A DNA stretch of 37,136 bases from a virus. Position numbers and translations under genes: made by a program. The notes below the pieces were generated by a model. That model was not told where the DNA came from and made no database searches. It worked only from the letters and a program-made list of their open reading frames with translations. Positions within the stretch are counted from its first letter, which is position 1. Every line of letters starts with the position of its first letter. Positions 1 through 9,087 of this stretch are shown here, piece by piece. Location: IMG/VR virus record IMGVR_UViG_3300029071_000002, one strand, 5' to 3'.

Positions 1-92
1 TAGTCAAAAATATCACCTTCCATTTTCTCGAATTTTATAATCGCCCGCCAAAGTTTCGCAGCCGGATCACAGCTTTTTTCCACTAATGGTAT
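1..92. repeat. Terminal overlap copy 1 (identical to 37045..37136)
   Basis: Base-for-base identity of tagtcaaaaatatcacc...cactaatggtat at both window ends. Confidence 0.97.
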
Positions 93-332
93 AGAGAATT
101 CCGGAAGGACGATTGCCTTCAGGAGTTTTTTCACCGCCTCTTCAAGTGCCATTCTTTCTCGATACCACAAATCAACCTCATAACTACTTACCCATTCCTG
201 ACCGGCACCATCTCCGTTCAACCCCGAAGCGGTATAATAATCTATACAGGTGGCACAGGCAGACATCAACGGTGCTGGTTCGTTAAGAACAGGAATATTT
301 AATTCCGTTTCGATGATTTCTTTCACCGTCAT
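1..332 (-). CDS. Neck / tail-terminator-position protein (110 aa); last base of the stop codon lies across the circular junction
   Basis: ATG at 332 overlaps the stop of the upstream gene (ATGA). The frame MTVKEIIETELNIPVLNEP...KFEKMEGDIFD is open to the window edge. The complete stop is visible in the duplicate at 37044..37046. Located between the gp10-like gene and the major tail gene. Confidence 0.6.
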   Translation of the reverse strand, partial: MTVKEIIETELNIPVLNEPAPLMSACATCIDYYTASGLNGDGAGQEWVSSYEVDLWYRERMALEEAVKKLLKAIVLPEFSIPLVEKSCDPAAKLWRAIIKFEKMEGDIFD

Positions 333-781
333 TCCGTCACCTTCTTTACCATATCATCAATCGCCTTTTCTACCTCGCCCTGTGCGTCTCTCATAGCCTT
401 ATCCATAAATTGATTCCCCGGCACCCAGGTATGGCCGTCACGGGCAAAATGGCCGTCATTTATCTTATTCCACTTATATCCGGTCATTTTTCCTCCACGG
501 ATACTCGCATACAGCATCCCATTTTTATCTTTCCGTACATCTGCGGTTACATCATCCCTGGCATGTTCATACGGCCGACTGCCGTCATAGTTGGAGGGAG
601 GTATTTCTTTTGAGCGCGCTTCAATATCACTGCTGTGGAGATACTTTTTTATTTTTCCTTTGACGATAGTACCGAGTTTCCGGAGCAGCGGGCGTTCCTG
701 GCTTTCGAGTCCTTTCGGCATCTGTGCAAGCATCTGGTCGATCTCAAATATTCCCTGCTCATAATCAAATTTTACGTCCAT
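329..781 (-). CDS. HK97 gp10-family neck / tail-completion protein
   Basis: 150-aa ORF with GAGGTGA RBS. Position after the head-closure gene. Sequence resembles the HK97 gp10 family (recognition from memory). Confidence 0.65.
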   Translation of the reverse strand: MDVKFDYEQGIFEIDQMLAQMPKGLESQERPLLRKLGTIVKGKIKKYLHSSDIEARSKEIPPSNYDGSRPYEHARDDVTADVRKDKNGMLYASIRGGKMTGYKWNKINDGHFARDGHTWVPGNQFMDKAMRDAQGEVEKAIDDMVKKVTE

Positions 782-785
782 CTCA

Positions 786-1088
786 TCACCTCACGGTTAT
801 CTCCATCTCTCCAATATTTTTTTGAAATGCCCTGATAATGGTAAATAACTCTCCGTCATATCTGATCTGTGATGGCCGGTATTTCTGATTACCAATTGTC
901 TTGATACACACTTTGTAATCATCCGGATTAATATTGATTGTCAGTTTTGGCGTAAGACCAACACCATATGCCGCGAAAAATTCACTTCGAACAACGCTTT
1001 TGATTTCGCAGAACACTTCTGTTTCATGGGGAGTTATTTCTATACCTTCCGGAACCGGTGTAATCAGCACACAGATATCATTTCGCAT
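786..1088 (-). CDS. Head closure / head-tail adaptor protein (Phage_H_T_join-like)
   Basis: About 100 aa. Start MRNDICVLI overlaps the upstream stop. Canonical position after the gp6-like connector. Confidence 0.6.
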   Translation of the reverse strand: MRNDICVLITPVPEGIEITPHETEVFCEIKSVVRSEFFAAYGVGLTPKLTININPDDYKVCIKTIGNQKYRPSQIRYDGELFTIIRAFQKNIGEMEITVR

Positions 1089-1344
1089 TGTAATCACCAC
1101 ACAGACTCAGGGAATCCCTCAGCGCTACATAAGCCCGTTCGTAACGATCGGCGCTGCCATCATAGTTATACTGCCATTTGCAATAGAACTCCGCTGACTT
1201 AACAATAAGGGGATCGTTTTCTTTCCCGGCAGTAGCAACGCCCACCCGTGACAGGTCACACAGGCAGGCGTTTATATTTGCGTCGATATCATTATCCAGT
1301 TTGTCATGTGATATTCGCATAGAAAGTTTTATTTGCTCTATCAT
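1078..1344 (-). CDS. gp6-like head-tail connector (DNA-packaging) protein
   Basis: MIEQIKLSMRISHDKLDNDIDANINACLCDL motif typical of the family. AGAGG RBS. Directly downstream of the capsid gene. Confidence 0.65.
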   Translation of the reverse strand: MIEQIKLSMRISHDKLDNDIDANINACLCDLSRVGVATAGKENDPLIVKSAEFYCKWQYNYDGSADRYERAYVALRDSLSLCGDYNAK

Positions 1345-1360
1345 ATTACATAACCTCTTT

Positions 1361-2557
1361 TTATACATTCTTCTTGGTCACAGTCACAAGGGAATTTTTG
1401 TCAATTACTTTTCCGTCGCAGATCATAACTGCTTTTGTAATCTGATCCTCGGTATCATTATCCTCATAACTCTTAACCACCATATTGTAGTTGGTGTTGA
1501 ACATATAATCAGACCAATCGAACAGGAAAGCTACTACGGTATCTTTATTAATCGTTGCCCCAAGGCTTGTCATATAATCGTTTAAGACTACCCGGCGTCC
1601 GAGGAGCGTTCTCTCCGGCTTTCCGTCAATTCCATAATTTACTCTGGCAATTGGCTGTTTATTTGTATCCACCATGCCTACAAATTTCATAAATGTCTTC
1701 TTGGTCATATTCCATACTGCGCCGTTCTCATATGCTAGTGGAAGCGCCGCTTCCGCTTCTACGAGAGTCTGGTAAGTCGGATCGGAATTCGCCGCAATAT
1801 CAATATTGCAACCGGATTCCGCCGTTTCTGTTAATACACCTTTCGGCTGCCCTGACCCGGTTCCGAAGATAAACGCCTTTTCCTGAGCCTTTACCATTGC
1901 CTCTGACACACTGTTAACAAACACAGTTTCAAAAATCTGTAAAGACATCACAGATGTTTCCAGTGTCATGGAAATAGCACATCTCAATTTGTATCCTTTA
2001 ATGTCAATCTGCCCGGTTGCCTTCTTCTGCTTATCACTGGTACCGCCTTCTGCTACCCATGTTGCCTCCGGCTTAACACTGGACGTGGGAACTGTGGCTC
2101 CAGCCGCATAAGACGTCTTAGTGACAAGCGGCAGAATCATTCCCATTGATTCCATTTTTTCCACAATCCGGTTGACTATGGTCGGAGAAATCACGGATCC
2201 TACATCCGTGGTCTTTGTTGTCGCAGATACATTCCTGAATTTCTCAGGAATTGCCGTCCCTTTCAAGACGTAATTCATGAACGCTTTACGATACTCCACG
2301 GAATCGTACATATCTTCTGCGTTTTCGTCGTCTCCTCTTCCAAAAGAAGCCCCGTCACCAACTCCGGATAACGGAAGCGGCGGCGTAGACAGTGCCCTTA
2401 AGTTCGCTTCCGCCTTGGCTGCTGCTTCAAAGTTCTTATCCAGCTCCGTCACGGCCTCCATTTTTTTGTTGGCCTCCTCCAGCTTTCCTTCATTGATAAG
2501 CGCCTCCGCTTCGTTGATAAGTGCCTGTCTTTTTGTCTCATACTCTTTTCTATTCAT
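1361..2557 (-). CDS. Major capsid protein, HK97 family, with N-terminal coiled-coil delta domain
   Basis: 398-aa ORF with AGGAG RBS and a coiled-coil N-terminus (KRQALINEAEALINEGKLEEANKKMEAV). Follows the ClpP-like protease. Confidence 0.9.
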   Translation of the reverse strand: MNRKEYETKRQALINEAEALINEGKLEEANKKMEAVTELDKNFEAAAKAEANLRALSTPPLPLSGVGDGASFGRGDDENAEDMYDSVEYRKAFMNYVLKGTAIPEKFRNVSATTKTTDVGSVISPTIVNRIVEKMESMGMILPLVTKTSYAAGATVPTSSVKPEATWVAEGGTSDKQKKATGQIDIKGYKLRCAISMTLETSVMSLQIFETVFVNSVSEAMVKAQEKAFIFGTGSGQPKGVLTETAESGCNIDIAANSDPTYQTLVEAEAALPLAYENGAVWNMTKKTFMKFVGMVDTNKQPIARVNYGIDGKPERTLLGRRVVLNDYMTSLGATINKDTVVAFLFDWSDYMFNTNYNMVVKSYEDNDTEDQITKAVMICDGKVIDKNSLVTVTKKNV

Positions 2558-3257
2558 TACCTCTGTCTCCTTTCAGATTTAACAATTTCAGCCTTAACTC
2601 AGCCTGTGCTTTGTGTATTAAAAAATCCGGGGTTTTCTGTCCCGGATCCTTAATCATGTTTCTTAATTTTGCGATGGTTTCCGGCGGGATTCCTCCGAAT
2701 GCATTCTGCATTGGGATGGCGTTGTCGGAAAACATAATTTTATCGACAAATCCATGGTCTACAGCCTGTTGGGCTGACAAATAGGTTTCGTGGTCCATTA
2801 AATCCTGTAATATCTCCGCATCCATTCCGGTCTTGTCGATGTACGCATTCATGATTGACTGGTTAGCGGCCCGCAGGGCATCTCCGGTGTTATCCATGTC
2901 TCTGTAATCACCTGACGCCGACGTTTTGACATTATGGATCATAAACATTCCTGTAGGACTGATCTCGCACTCCCCGGCCTGCGCAATTACTGACGCGGCG
3001 CTTGCGGCTATTCCGGTAATCTTAATTATTTTCTTCCCGGAATAATTCCTGAGCTCTGTGTAGATTTCTGAACCGGCAAATATGCTCCCACCAGGGGAGT
3101 TGATATAGATTTCAACGTCTTCACCTCCAGCCTCCTGCAAAGCCTTAATGATTTTCTTTGGAGATGTGCTCTCTAACCCAAGCCAGTCATATACCCATTC
3201 ATTCCCAGATTCAATGATCTGCCCCTTCACATCAATTCGCTTTGCCACTCTTCTCAC
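2550..3257 (-). CDS. ClpP-like prohead (head maturation) serine protease
   Basis: Motifs INSPGGSIFAG, AASAASVIAQAG, MIHN. Located between portal and capsid genes. Confidence 0.9.
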   Translation of the reverse strand: MRRVAKRIDVKGQIIESGNEWVYDWLGLESTSPKKIIKALQEAGGEDVEIYINSPGGSIFAGSEIYTELRNYSGKKIIKITGIAASAASVIAQAGECEISPTGMFMIHNVKTSASGDYRDMDNTGDALRAANQSIMNAYIDKTGMDAEILQDLMDHETYLSAQQAVDHGFVDKIMFSDNAIPMQNAFGGIPPETIAKLRNMIKDPGQKTPDFLIHKAQAELRLKLLNLKGDRGNE

Positions 3258-4473
3258 CCCCTTCTAATAGCGCCGTGATTCCGGCCCTCGTTTCATTTAC
3301 GTTATCCAGATTCATTTGGGCCAGGAGGCCCTTGATCTGGTTGACTGTCTGTGTGTCAAGTCTTCGCAGTGGCTTATCTCCATCAGGCACCGGACTTAAG
3401 TTCAGCGTTTCTCTCCATTCGTTCGGTGTTAGGGCTCCTCTGTCTACCATGGCCTGTAAAGCCAGTTTTGTTGACAGACTGGCACAATGTAGGTTTCCTG
3501 CATCGAAATAGATTTTGTTTCCGCAGCCTCGTTCCCTCCGACTGAATAATTTCCGCGTGTACTCTCCTGACATCTGCCCGGCGAGCGGTTCAATCACCAA
3601 TTCAAAATAGCTATTCCATTCATCTTCCGTGTAATTTGCATGGACGATTTTTTCATTCGTATTGAAAAACGCATAGATCCTCTTTTTAGTATTATCCATC
3701 TGCAAAGCGTTGGGGACGTAATCCTTTGGCTCGATCCGCTCCGCTGTCGCTTTGGAATCGACTCCGGCAGCGCCAAACGTAGAACTGGAAATGCTTAAAT
3801 AGTTGTCCACAAATTCCTGAACAGAACTTTTTAGATCCTCCGGCCGCATAGACGAGTTAAATTTTAACAGCCATCGGATCACACCGCTGTTTTTGATTGC
3901 TTTTATGATCCCCTGATCCGTAGTTGATACGATGTCCATGAGCTGTGCCAGGGCTTCTTTTGGGGAATCTCCAAACAAGTCATTATCGTTGAAATCATTC
4001 CGCAGGTGAATCACTTCACTGTATGGGAACATGGACGTTTTGCCGTTCAGGTAGTAGAACTTAAGGTATAGTTCCTGATTTTCATACTTTGCATCCACGC
4101 CGGCGGCCGGAATCGGGTACAGCTGTTCCGGTATTCCATTAGGGTCCCGTACGATCAGAATAAAGGCGTTGTTGTTTAGTGCAAGCTGTGTCGCCACCTT
4201 CTCCTGCATCACCTGGCCGCACATATATGGGTTCGGTTCCTCCAGTAGAAAGCGTATGTACGGCTCAGGATTCACCGAAAAGGATTTCCCGTCATTCCTG
4301 ACATGCTTTGCTATCAGCTTCCCGACCGCCTTCGCATATGGCCGTATGCATGATCTGACAATATCGGATTCATATAGTTTTCCATTCCACGCAAAAAAGC
4401 CGTTTCCCTGCTCGGTGATCATTTTGTAAACAGCGCTTTTCCCGATATTTTGAAAAAAGTTTATTATTCGCAT
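3232..4473 (-). CDS. Portal protein, HK97 family
   Basis: 413 aa with AAAGGAGGAG RBS. Directly downstream of TerL. Confidence 0.88.
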   Translation of the reverse strand: MRIINFFQNIGKSAVYKMITEQGNGFFAWNGKLYESDIVRSCIRPYAKAVGKLIAKHVRNDGKSFSVNPEPYIRFLLEEPNPYMCGQVMQEKVATQLALNNNAFILIVRDPNGIPEQLYPIPAAGVDAKYENQELYLKFYYLNGKTSMFPYSEVIHLRNDFNDNDLFGDSPKEALAQLMDIVSTTDQGIIKAIKNSGVIRWLLKFNSSMRPEDLKSSVQEFVDNYLSISSSTFGAAGVDSKATAERIEPKDYVPNALQMDNTKKRIYAFFNTNEKIVHANYTEDEWNSYFELVIEPLAGQMSGEYTRKLFSRRERGCGNKIYFDAGNLHCASLSTKLALQAMVDRGALTPNEWRETLNLSPVPDGDKPLRRLDTQTVNQIKGLLAQMNLDNVNETRAGITALLEGGEKSGKAN

Positions 4474-4490
4474 TCTTCTCCTCCTTTCCG

Positions 4491-6191
4491 TCAGATTATG
4501 CTCAGATATTCTTCCAGATGGTTTTCCAGTGTGACATATGCGTCCAGCAGGCCGGCCATACCGTCAATTCGTCGCGTACCCTGATTCCCTTTGCATGGCT
4601 GAATATTGTCGTTTTTATCAACATCGACCGAGGTATTTGCCAGACACCATTTCAGGATCGGATTATTGTTATAAACCACTCTCTTTTTTGCCAAGTCAGC
4701 TCCTAGGGACTTCATCGGACTGCTCAGCGTTTTCTTGCCCTGAATAACGGGTTCCATCGTCGCGAGTCCGAAGGTGTTTTTCATATCCTCCACAAAATAC
4801 GATGCTGACCACGAGTCGTACCCACACTTAAACAGGTAGATGTCAAGTTCGTTCTGCACTTCTTCGAACCACTCTTTGACGTATTTGTAATGTACCTTAT
4901 TTCCTGGACTTAATCTCAACAATCCCTGTTCAGCCCATAAGTCATAAGGTATCTTATCCTCCCTTACGCGCTGCTCTAACAGATCTTCCGGCAGCCAATA
5001 CATTTGTAGCACATAGATTCTGTCATCTCCCGGTACCATGAATATTACGGTGGCGTTCGTCAAGTCCGTGGTGCTGGAAAGGTCGGTTCCCCCGATGCCG
5101 TAACGCGGCTTCAGCGCTTCGAGATCGAACAGCTCCGTGTTATTCAACTGTTCGAATGTCAGCCAAGCCTCGGAAGAAGTCTCGCGGATATTGAATTCCT
5201 TGCAAACCAGATTCTTAACAAGCTTTGGATTATCCTTCGCCTTCTCAACCTTTGCCGCAAGGGTTGACTGCTTCTTTATGGTTCCAAGGCCCGGATTTGC
5301 TTTCTTCCAGCATTCCGGATCCGTCCATTCTTTCCGGTTGTCCAACTCATAAACAAACGGGAAGAAATGAGGATCCTTGTACCCCACACTGTCAAACAGG
5401 CCATTGATAACTTTTTCAGCCTCTTCGTACTTCGCATCGTAGATGTCTTCTCGGATTACTCCGGCCGTGGAGGTAATATAGACAAGCGGCTGGTCTCTGG
5501 CCGAACAGCCGTCGGCCATGATATCGTAAAGGGCCTTTCCGTTCTTCCATTGGTGGATTTCGTCCATCAAAACACAATGTACGTTAAGGCCGTCCAGCGT
5601 ATCGCTGTCAGATGCCAGCGGCTTGAAAATCCCATCATTGAAATACTCGGAAGACAGCTCCGCAACCAATGGCTTAATGCGCTTCAAAAGTGCCGGCGAT
5701 TTCCTCACCATTCGCTTTGATTCCGTCCAGATGATCTTCGCCTGATCTCTCTTCGTAGCAACCGCGTAAACCTCCGGCCCCGACTCCCCGTCTCCAACCT
5801 GCATATACAGGCCAACGATGGAAGCCAGAAGGGACTTCCCGTTTTTCTTTCCGACGATTAACACTGACTCCCTGCATTGACGAAAACCATTGATATCCAC
5901 AAAGCCAAACACCGCAGCCAGGTGCGCTTTCTCCCAAAGTTCCAATCGCACCGGACTACCAGCGCCGGCCCCTTTGGATAGCTTGCAGTAATTCTCCGCG
6001 AACTCCAAGACATGGTTTGCCCTTGCCGGACTATAAAAATACTCGCCCGGATTATTGACTTCCCAGGCGAGGTGCTTGTACCACTCGTGTATTTTATTTG
6101 ATACGACCTCTTCCCCTGATTCTATCAGGTTCCAATATTCCAGGATCGGGTTATAGCTTAATGGATAGACTACTTTCTTTCTGCCGGCCAT
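4491..6191 (-). CDS. terL: Terminase large subunit (Terminase_1 type)
   Basis: The long ORF begins at 6272, but the ATG at 6191 (MAGRKKVVYPLSYNPILEYW) overlaps the terS stop as TAATG. A Walker-A-like region VGKKNGKS is present. Confidence 0.9.
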   Translation of the reverse strand: MAGRKKVVYPLSYNPILEYWNLIESGEEVVSNKIHEWYKHLAWEVNNPGEYFYSPARANHVLEFAENYCKLSKGAGAGSPVRLELWEKAHLAAVFGFVDINGFRQCRESVLIVGKKNGKSLLASIVGLYMQVGDGESGPEVYAVATKRDQAKIIWTESKRMVRKSPALLKRIKPLVAELSSEYFNDGIFKPLASDSDTLDGLNVHCVLMDEIHQWKNGKALYDIMADGCSARDQPLVYITSTAGVIREDIYDAKYEEAEKVINGLFDSVGYKDPHFFPFVYELDNRKEWTDPECWKKANPGLGTIKKQSTLAAKVEKAKDNPKLVKNLVCKEFNIRETSSEAWLTFEQLNNTELFDLEALKPRYGIGGTDLSSTTDLTNATVIFMVPGDDRIYVLQMYWLPEDLLEQRVREDKIPYDLWAEQGLLRLSPGNKVHYKYVKEWFEEVQNELDIYLFKCGYDSWSASYFVEDMKNTFGLATMEPVIQGKKTLSSPMKSLGADLAKKRVVYNNNPILKWCLANTSVDVDKNDNIQPCKGNQGTRRIDGMAGLLDAYVTLENHLEEYLSII

Positions 6192-6622
6192 TAAACATCC
6201 TCCCTCCCGTTTACAAAATCCTCGAAGCCGTCGTCTTCCACAACCACTTTTTTTTCTGTTTTCGGAAGACAATCAACCAGTATTTTCATGGCCTGGGTCT
6301 GTCTTTGCGAGAGCTGCAAATAATACTGTGCCTCTGGGCTCTGTTTGGTTCCATACTGATTCTCTCCATTCTTGTACTCCACTGTCGTCCCCTTACGGTT
6401 GATCGTTTCTCGGAGATCTTGCATTGTAATTGTCATGAAAGCAATGTCCTCGATGGTGGTAAATACAAGCTTCTTTTTGTTCTCATCTATGTTTGCAAAG
6501 AGTTTTTTTAATCTGCTTGTCTCCCGCTTAATCCGTTTTACTTTCTCCAAATAGTTGCCAATGCTGTCAACTTCCTCTTCTCTTTTCCTTGCTTCCGCTT
6601 CAAATTCCTTGTCTGTGTACAC
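6191..6622 (-). CDS. terS: Terminase small subunit, P27 family
   Basis: 143 aa. GTTVEYKNGENQYGTKQSPE region typical of P27-type TerS. Translationally coupled to terL. Confidence 0.8.
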   Translation of the reverse strand: MYTDKEFEAEARKREEEVDSIGNYLEKVKRIKRETSRLKKLFANIDENKKKLVFTTIEDIAFMTITMQDLRETINRKGTTVEYKNGENQYGTKQSPEAQYYLQLSQRQTQAMKILVDCLPKTEKKVVVEDDGFEDFVNGREDV

Positions 6623-6685
6623 GTTTATACCACACCCCCTTTACGTGCGACCTGTGTATTAAATAAATCTGGGGACACGGTGAAT

Positions 6686-7030
6686 TTAGAAACCACCCAC
6701 ACCTTTATTTAAGGGGGGAGGCAGCGGTATCGGCTGCCCTGATGCATCGAAGGCAACCAACAGCGCCGCCTTCTTATTCAGGCCATGACCTTCCTCTTCA
6801 TCGTGACACACCTTGCACTCCCATCTTAAGTTGTCCCAGTTCAATGTGATCTCTGGATCGTTAATGTTATCAGGTGTTATTCTAACCTTATGATGTACGA
6901 TGTATCCCAGTCGCTCGTGACACTTCTCGCACATTCCGCCATCAATCATGATTCGATTATTTATGTATGACCTTCGGCAGTCCTTCCACTTCTTTGAGTG
7001 ATAGAATGCCTGTGCGTATTCCTTTGCCAT
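6686..7030 (-). CDS. HNH endonuclease (packaging-associated)
   Basis: CEKCH...HHK...N...CKVCHD motif. Canonical position upstream of P27 TerS in cos/HNH phages. Confidence 0.85.
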   Translation of the reverse strand: MAKEYAQAFYHSKKWKDCRRSYINNRIMIDGGMCEKCHERLGYIVHHKVRITPDNINDPEITLNWDNLRWECKVCHDEEEGHGLNKKAALLVAFDASGQPIPLPPPLNKGVGGF

Positions 7031-7034
7031 GTAG

Positions 7035-7271
7035 TTACCTCTCCTTGTCCTCTACTGCCGGTGCGATCTGCGCTACAAGGTCTATGCCTGCTTCCAACAA
7101 AATGCAGTTGTGCCCTGTTCTCTTCTTCATATCTTCACAAAACGCATTGATGTCTTTTTCCCTTAAACGTTTCATAGTTTGGAATACAAGAATACTATCA
7201 GGTACATTAAGCGTCTTTACTTCCTGACATTCAATTCTCTTTCCTTCATCATCTTCAATAATAAATTTCAT
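7035..7271 (-). CDS. Hypothetical protein (78 aa)
   Basis: ORF with AAGGTGA RBS before MKFIIEDDEGK. First gene after the tRNA. Confidence 0.5.
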   Translation of the reverse strand: MKFIIEDDEGKRIECQEVKTLNVPDSILVFQTMKRLREKDINAFCEDMKKRTGHNCILLEAGIDLVAQIAPAVEDKER

Positions 7272-7340
7272 TAGCTCATCACCTTTCAGGAGGACCGGCG
7301 CCCTAAGTTTCATGCGCCGGTTGAATTATGAGAACGATCA

Positions 7341-7412
7341 TCGGAACATCGGGAATCGAACCCAAGACACACGGCTTATAAGGCCGTCGCTCTCCCGCTG
7401 AGCTATGTTCCG
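7341..7412 (-). tRNA. tRNA-Ile, anticodon UAU (reads AUA); no encoded CCA
   Basis: Hand-folded cloverleaf: acceptor CGGAACA/TGTTCCG, U8 A9, D arm GCTC-AGCGGGA-GAGC, anticodon arm ACGGC-CTTATAA-GCCGT, variable GTGTC, T arm TTGGG-TTCGATT-CCCGA, discriminator A. Confidence 0.85.
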
Positions 7413-7548
7413 CACTCTTTCCATTTGACATATCTGCTATTTTGTAAAACGTGTCGTGATCCTGTTTCTACTAATTAATGCCGCCGATTTTTATACAGTT
7501 GATTTTACACTGTCATTTTGTGACAAATTGTAGGTAAAATAAAAAGAA

Positions 7549-8097
7549 CTATCGAAAATACGATAGCTTATTGTATACCTTATCCTTCTGGTCCTGGTTG
7601 ACTCCAATGTATCGCAAGGTTATGTGAATGTCTGCATGGTTAAAAATATCCATCAGCATAGCTGCATCTTTCGTAGACTGATATACGTGATAACCAAATG
7701 TCTTCCGCAGCGTGTGTGTTCCTATCTTCTCAATCCCGAACTTCTTTCCTGCATCTGAGAGAATGTTATAAGCCTGCTGTCGCGTAATAGGCTTGTTTTC
7801 ATGTGGGTTTTTGAAAAGGAATTCATAATCATCTTTCCCAATTATGTATTGCTCCAGGGCTTTCTTAAGGTCTCTGTTAATCGGAAAACGCTTTTCTTTT
7901 CCGGTCTTCTTCTCCCTAAGAACAATATCACTTTTATCTTTTACATCCCGCACCCGGAACTTTAAAATATCTGATATCCGCAGGCCGGAATAAATACCAA
8001 AAAGGAACATGACATAATTACGCTCACTGTCCTTTCTTAAGCATTCCGCTATATCAATGACTGTTTCCTTGTCTCGTATAGGCTCTACCGTATTCAT
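7549..8097 (-). CDS. Small tyrosine recombinase, catalytic domain only (182 aa)
   Basis: Catalytic signature GLRISD (Arg), HTLRKTF (His-x-x-Arg), NHADIHITLRYIG (His, Tyr). No N-terminal SAM-like or arm-binding domain. Confidence 0.8.
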   Translation of the reverse strand: MNTVEPIRDKETVIDIAECLRKDSERNYVMFLFGIYSGLRISDILKFRVRDVKDKSDIVLREKKTGKEKRFPINRDLKKALEQYIIGKDDYEFLFKNPHENKPITRQQAYNILSDAGKKFGIEKIGTHTLRKTFGYHVYQSTKDAAMLMDIFNHADIHITLRYIGVNQDQKDKVYNKLSYFR

Positions 8098-8125
8098 TCA
8101 CTCACCTGTTTCTCCTTTTCGGCAT

Positions 8126-8154
8126 GAGAAAAGGGCCTCTGCATTTAGAAGCCC
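8126..8154 (-). terminator. Intrinsic terminator after the RinA-like gene
   Basis: Minus-strand RNA GGGCUUCU-AAAUGC-AGAGGCCC (8 bp with one G.U) followed by UUUUCUC. Confidence 0.6.
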
Positions 8155-8218
8155 TCACCTTGTTTTGTAATCCATGGTAACATATTATCACACTTGACAA
8201 GGCAAAATACGCCATCTT

Positions 8219-8635
8219 TTATATTTCACCTAATTTTTTTCCGACTGCATAAATAAAATCTCTTACAATCCGCTGCATCTGCCTTTCACGGTAAGATGTG
8301 CACCGCTCCATATCAAAATATTTCATGTTATGGTAACGATAGGACCAAAACCTCACCCGGATTACTTTTTGATGTTCCGGCCGCATATTATTATAGACAC
8401 TTTCCACTGCATCAATTTCCCGCTTTACTCTTTGCAACCATGGATCGTCGGCAATTTTAATTGCAAGGCGCTCCGTCGGATTGCCTATACTGTTCCCTTT
8501 TGGCTGCCCGTCGCTCCCGCCCTTCTGATTCATGATTTCATCAATACGCTCTTCATACTCTGCTTTATTTTGCGGATATCTACGTACTTTTGGTTCAATT
8601 ATTCTCCATGCTTCTGTTGGTATTCTGTTTCCCAT
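8219..8635 (-). CDS. Late-gene transcriptional activator, RinA/ArpU-like
   Basis: 138 aa. RRYPQNKAEYEERIDEI ... C-terminal HTH-like SYRERQMQRIVRDFIYAVGKKLG. Position just upstream of the packaging genes. Confidence 0.65.
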   Translation of the reverse strand: MGNRIPTEAWRIIEPKVRRYPQNKAEYEERIDEIMNQKGGSDGQPKGNSIGNPTERLAIKIADDPWLQRVKREIDAVESVYNNMRPEHQKVIRVRFWSYRYHNMKYFDMERCTSYRERQMQRIVRDFIYAVGKKLGEI

Positions 8636-8820
8636 TACCATTCCCTCCCTGTCTCTCTGTCTTTAAGGTGTATCCTTCCGACGATTTCAAATCCTGCCAG
8701 ACTCGCCACTGTACGCAATACATGCATCACATCTTTTACCGGTTTTGGCGGCCGATCTGCTTCTTTTATTGCCCGGTATGCCGTCGGGTCCGGATATCCC
8801 TCACCATTTTTATGTATCAT
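8635..8820 (-). CDS. Hypothetical small protein (61 aa, GYPDPTA motif)
   Basis: ORF with coupled stop/start overlaps on both sides. Confidence 0.55.
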   Translation of the reverse strand: MIHKNGEGYPDPTAYRAIKEADRPPKPVKDVMHVLRTVASLAGFEIVGRIHLKDRETGREW

Positions 8821-9074
8821 GCGTTCACCCTTCCTTTATGTAAAATTTCTAATCGAGTTTTATCCCATTCCTCACACAATTCTTGCGTGAAACTCTTTGT
8901 CTGACATTCATCAGATACCGGTACTATGTAATACTTCCGTTTTAGTTTATAGCCTCCGGAAGCCGCAGCATAAATACTTCTAACTGAAATATTTATAAGT
9001 TTGGCAGCTTCATCGGAATTTAACGTATCAACAAATTTTTCCCCGTCGTAAATATCATACATTCTTGCTTTCAT
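8817..9074 (-). CDS. Small HTH protein (possible excisionase or recombinase accessory factor)
   Basis: AAGGAG RBS before MKARMYDIYDG. HTH-like LNSDEAAKLINISVRSIYAAASGG. Immediately downstream of the XerC/D-like gene. Confidence 0.5.
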   Translation of the reverse strand: MKARMYDIYDGEKFVDTLNSDEAAKLINISVRSIYAAASGGYKLKRKYYIVPVSDECQTKSFTQELCEEWDKTRLEILHKGRVNA

Positions 9075-9087
9075 GATTTTCTTCTCC

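Noticed and set aside
1-92. Interpreting the 92-bp end duplication as a biological direct terminal repeat or LTR
   Set aside because: - It lies within coding sequence.
- Joining the ends restores a gene.
- The packaging module is the HNH/cos type.
- An assembly overlap of a circular contig is the simpler explanation.
6623-6700. Declaring the cos site at the HNH-terS intergenic region
   Set aside because: Only weak repeated CCACACC/GGTGTGG motifs are present. There is no way to define cohesive ends from sequence alone. It is mentioned only as a place to look.
7461-8113. A 9-bp direct repeat CCTGTTTCT flanking the small recombinase gene, read as a target-site duplication
   Set aside because: A single 9-mer match between two intergenic stretches of about 130 nt has roughly a 5% chance expectation. 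There is no other sign of a discrete insertion.
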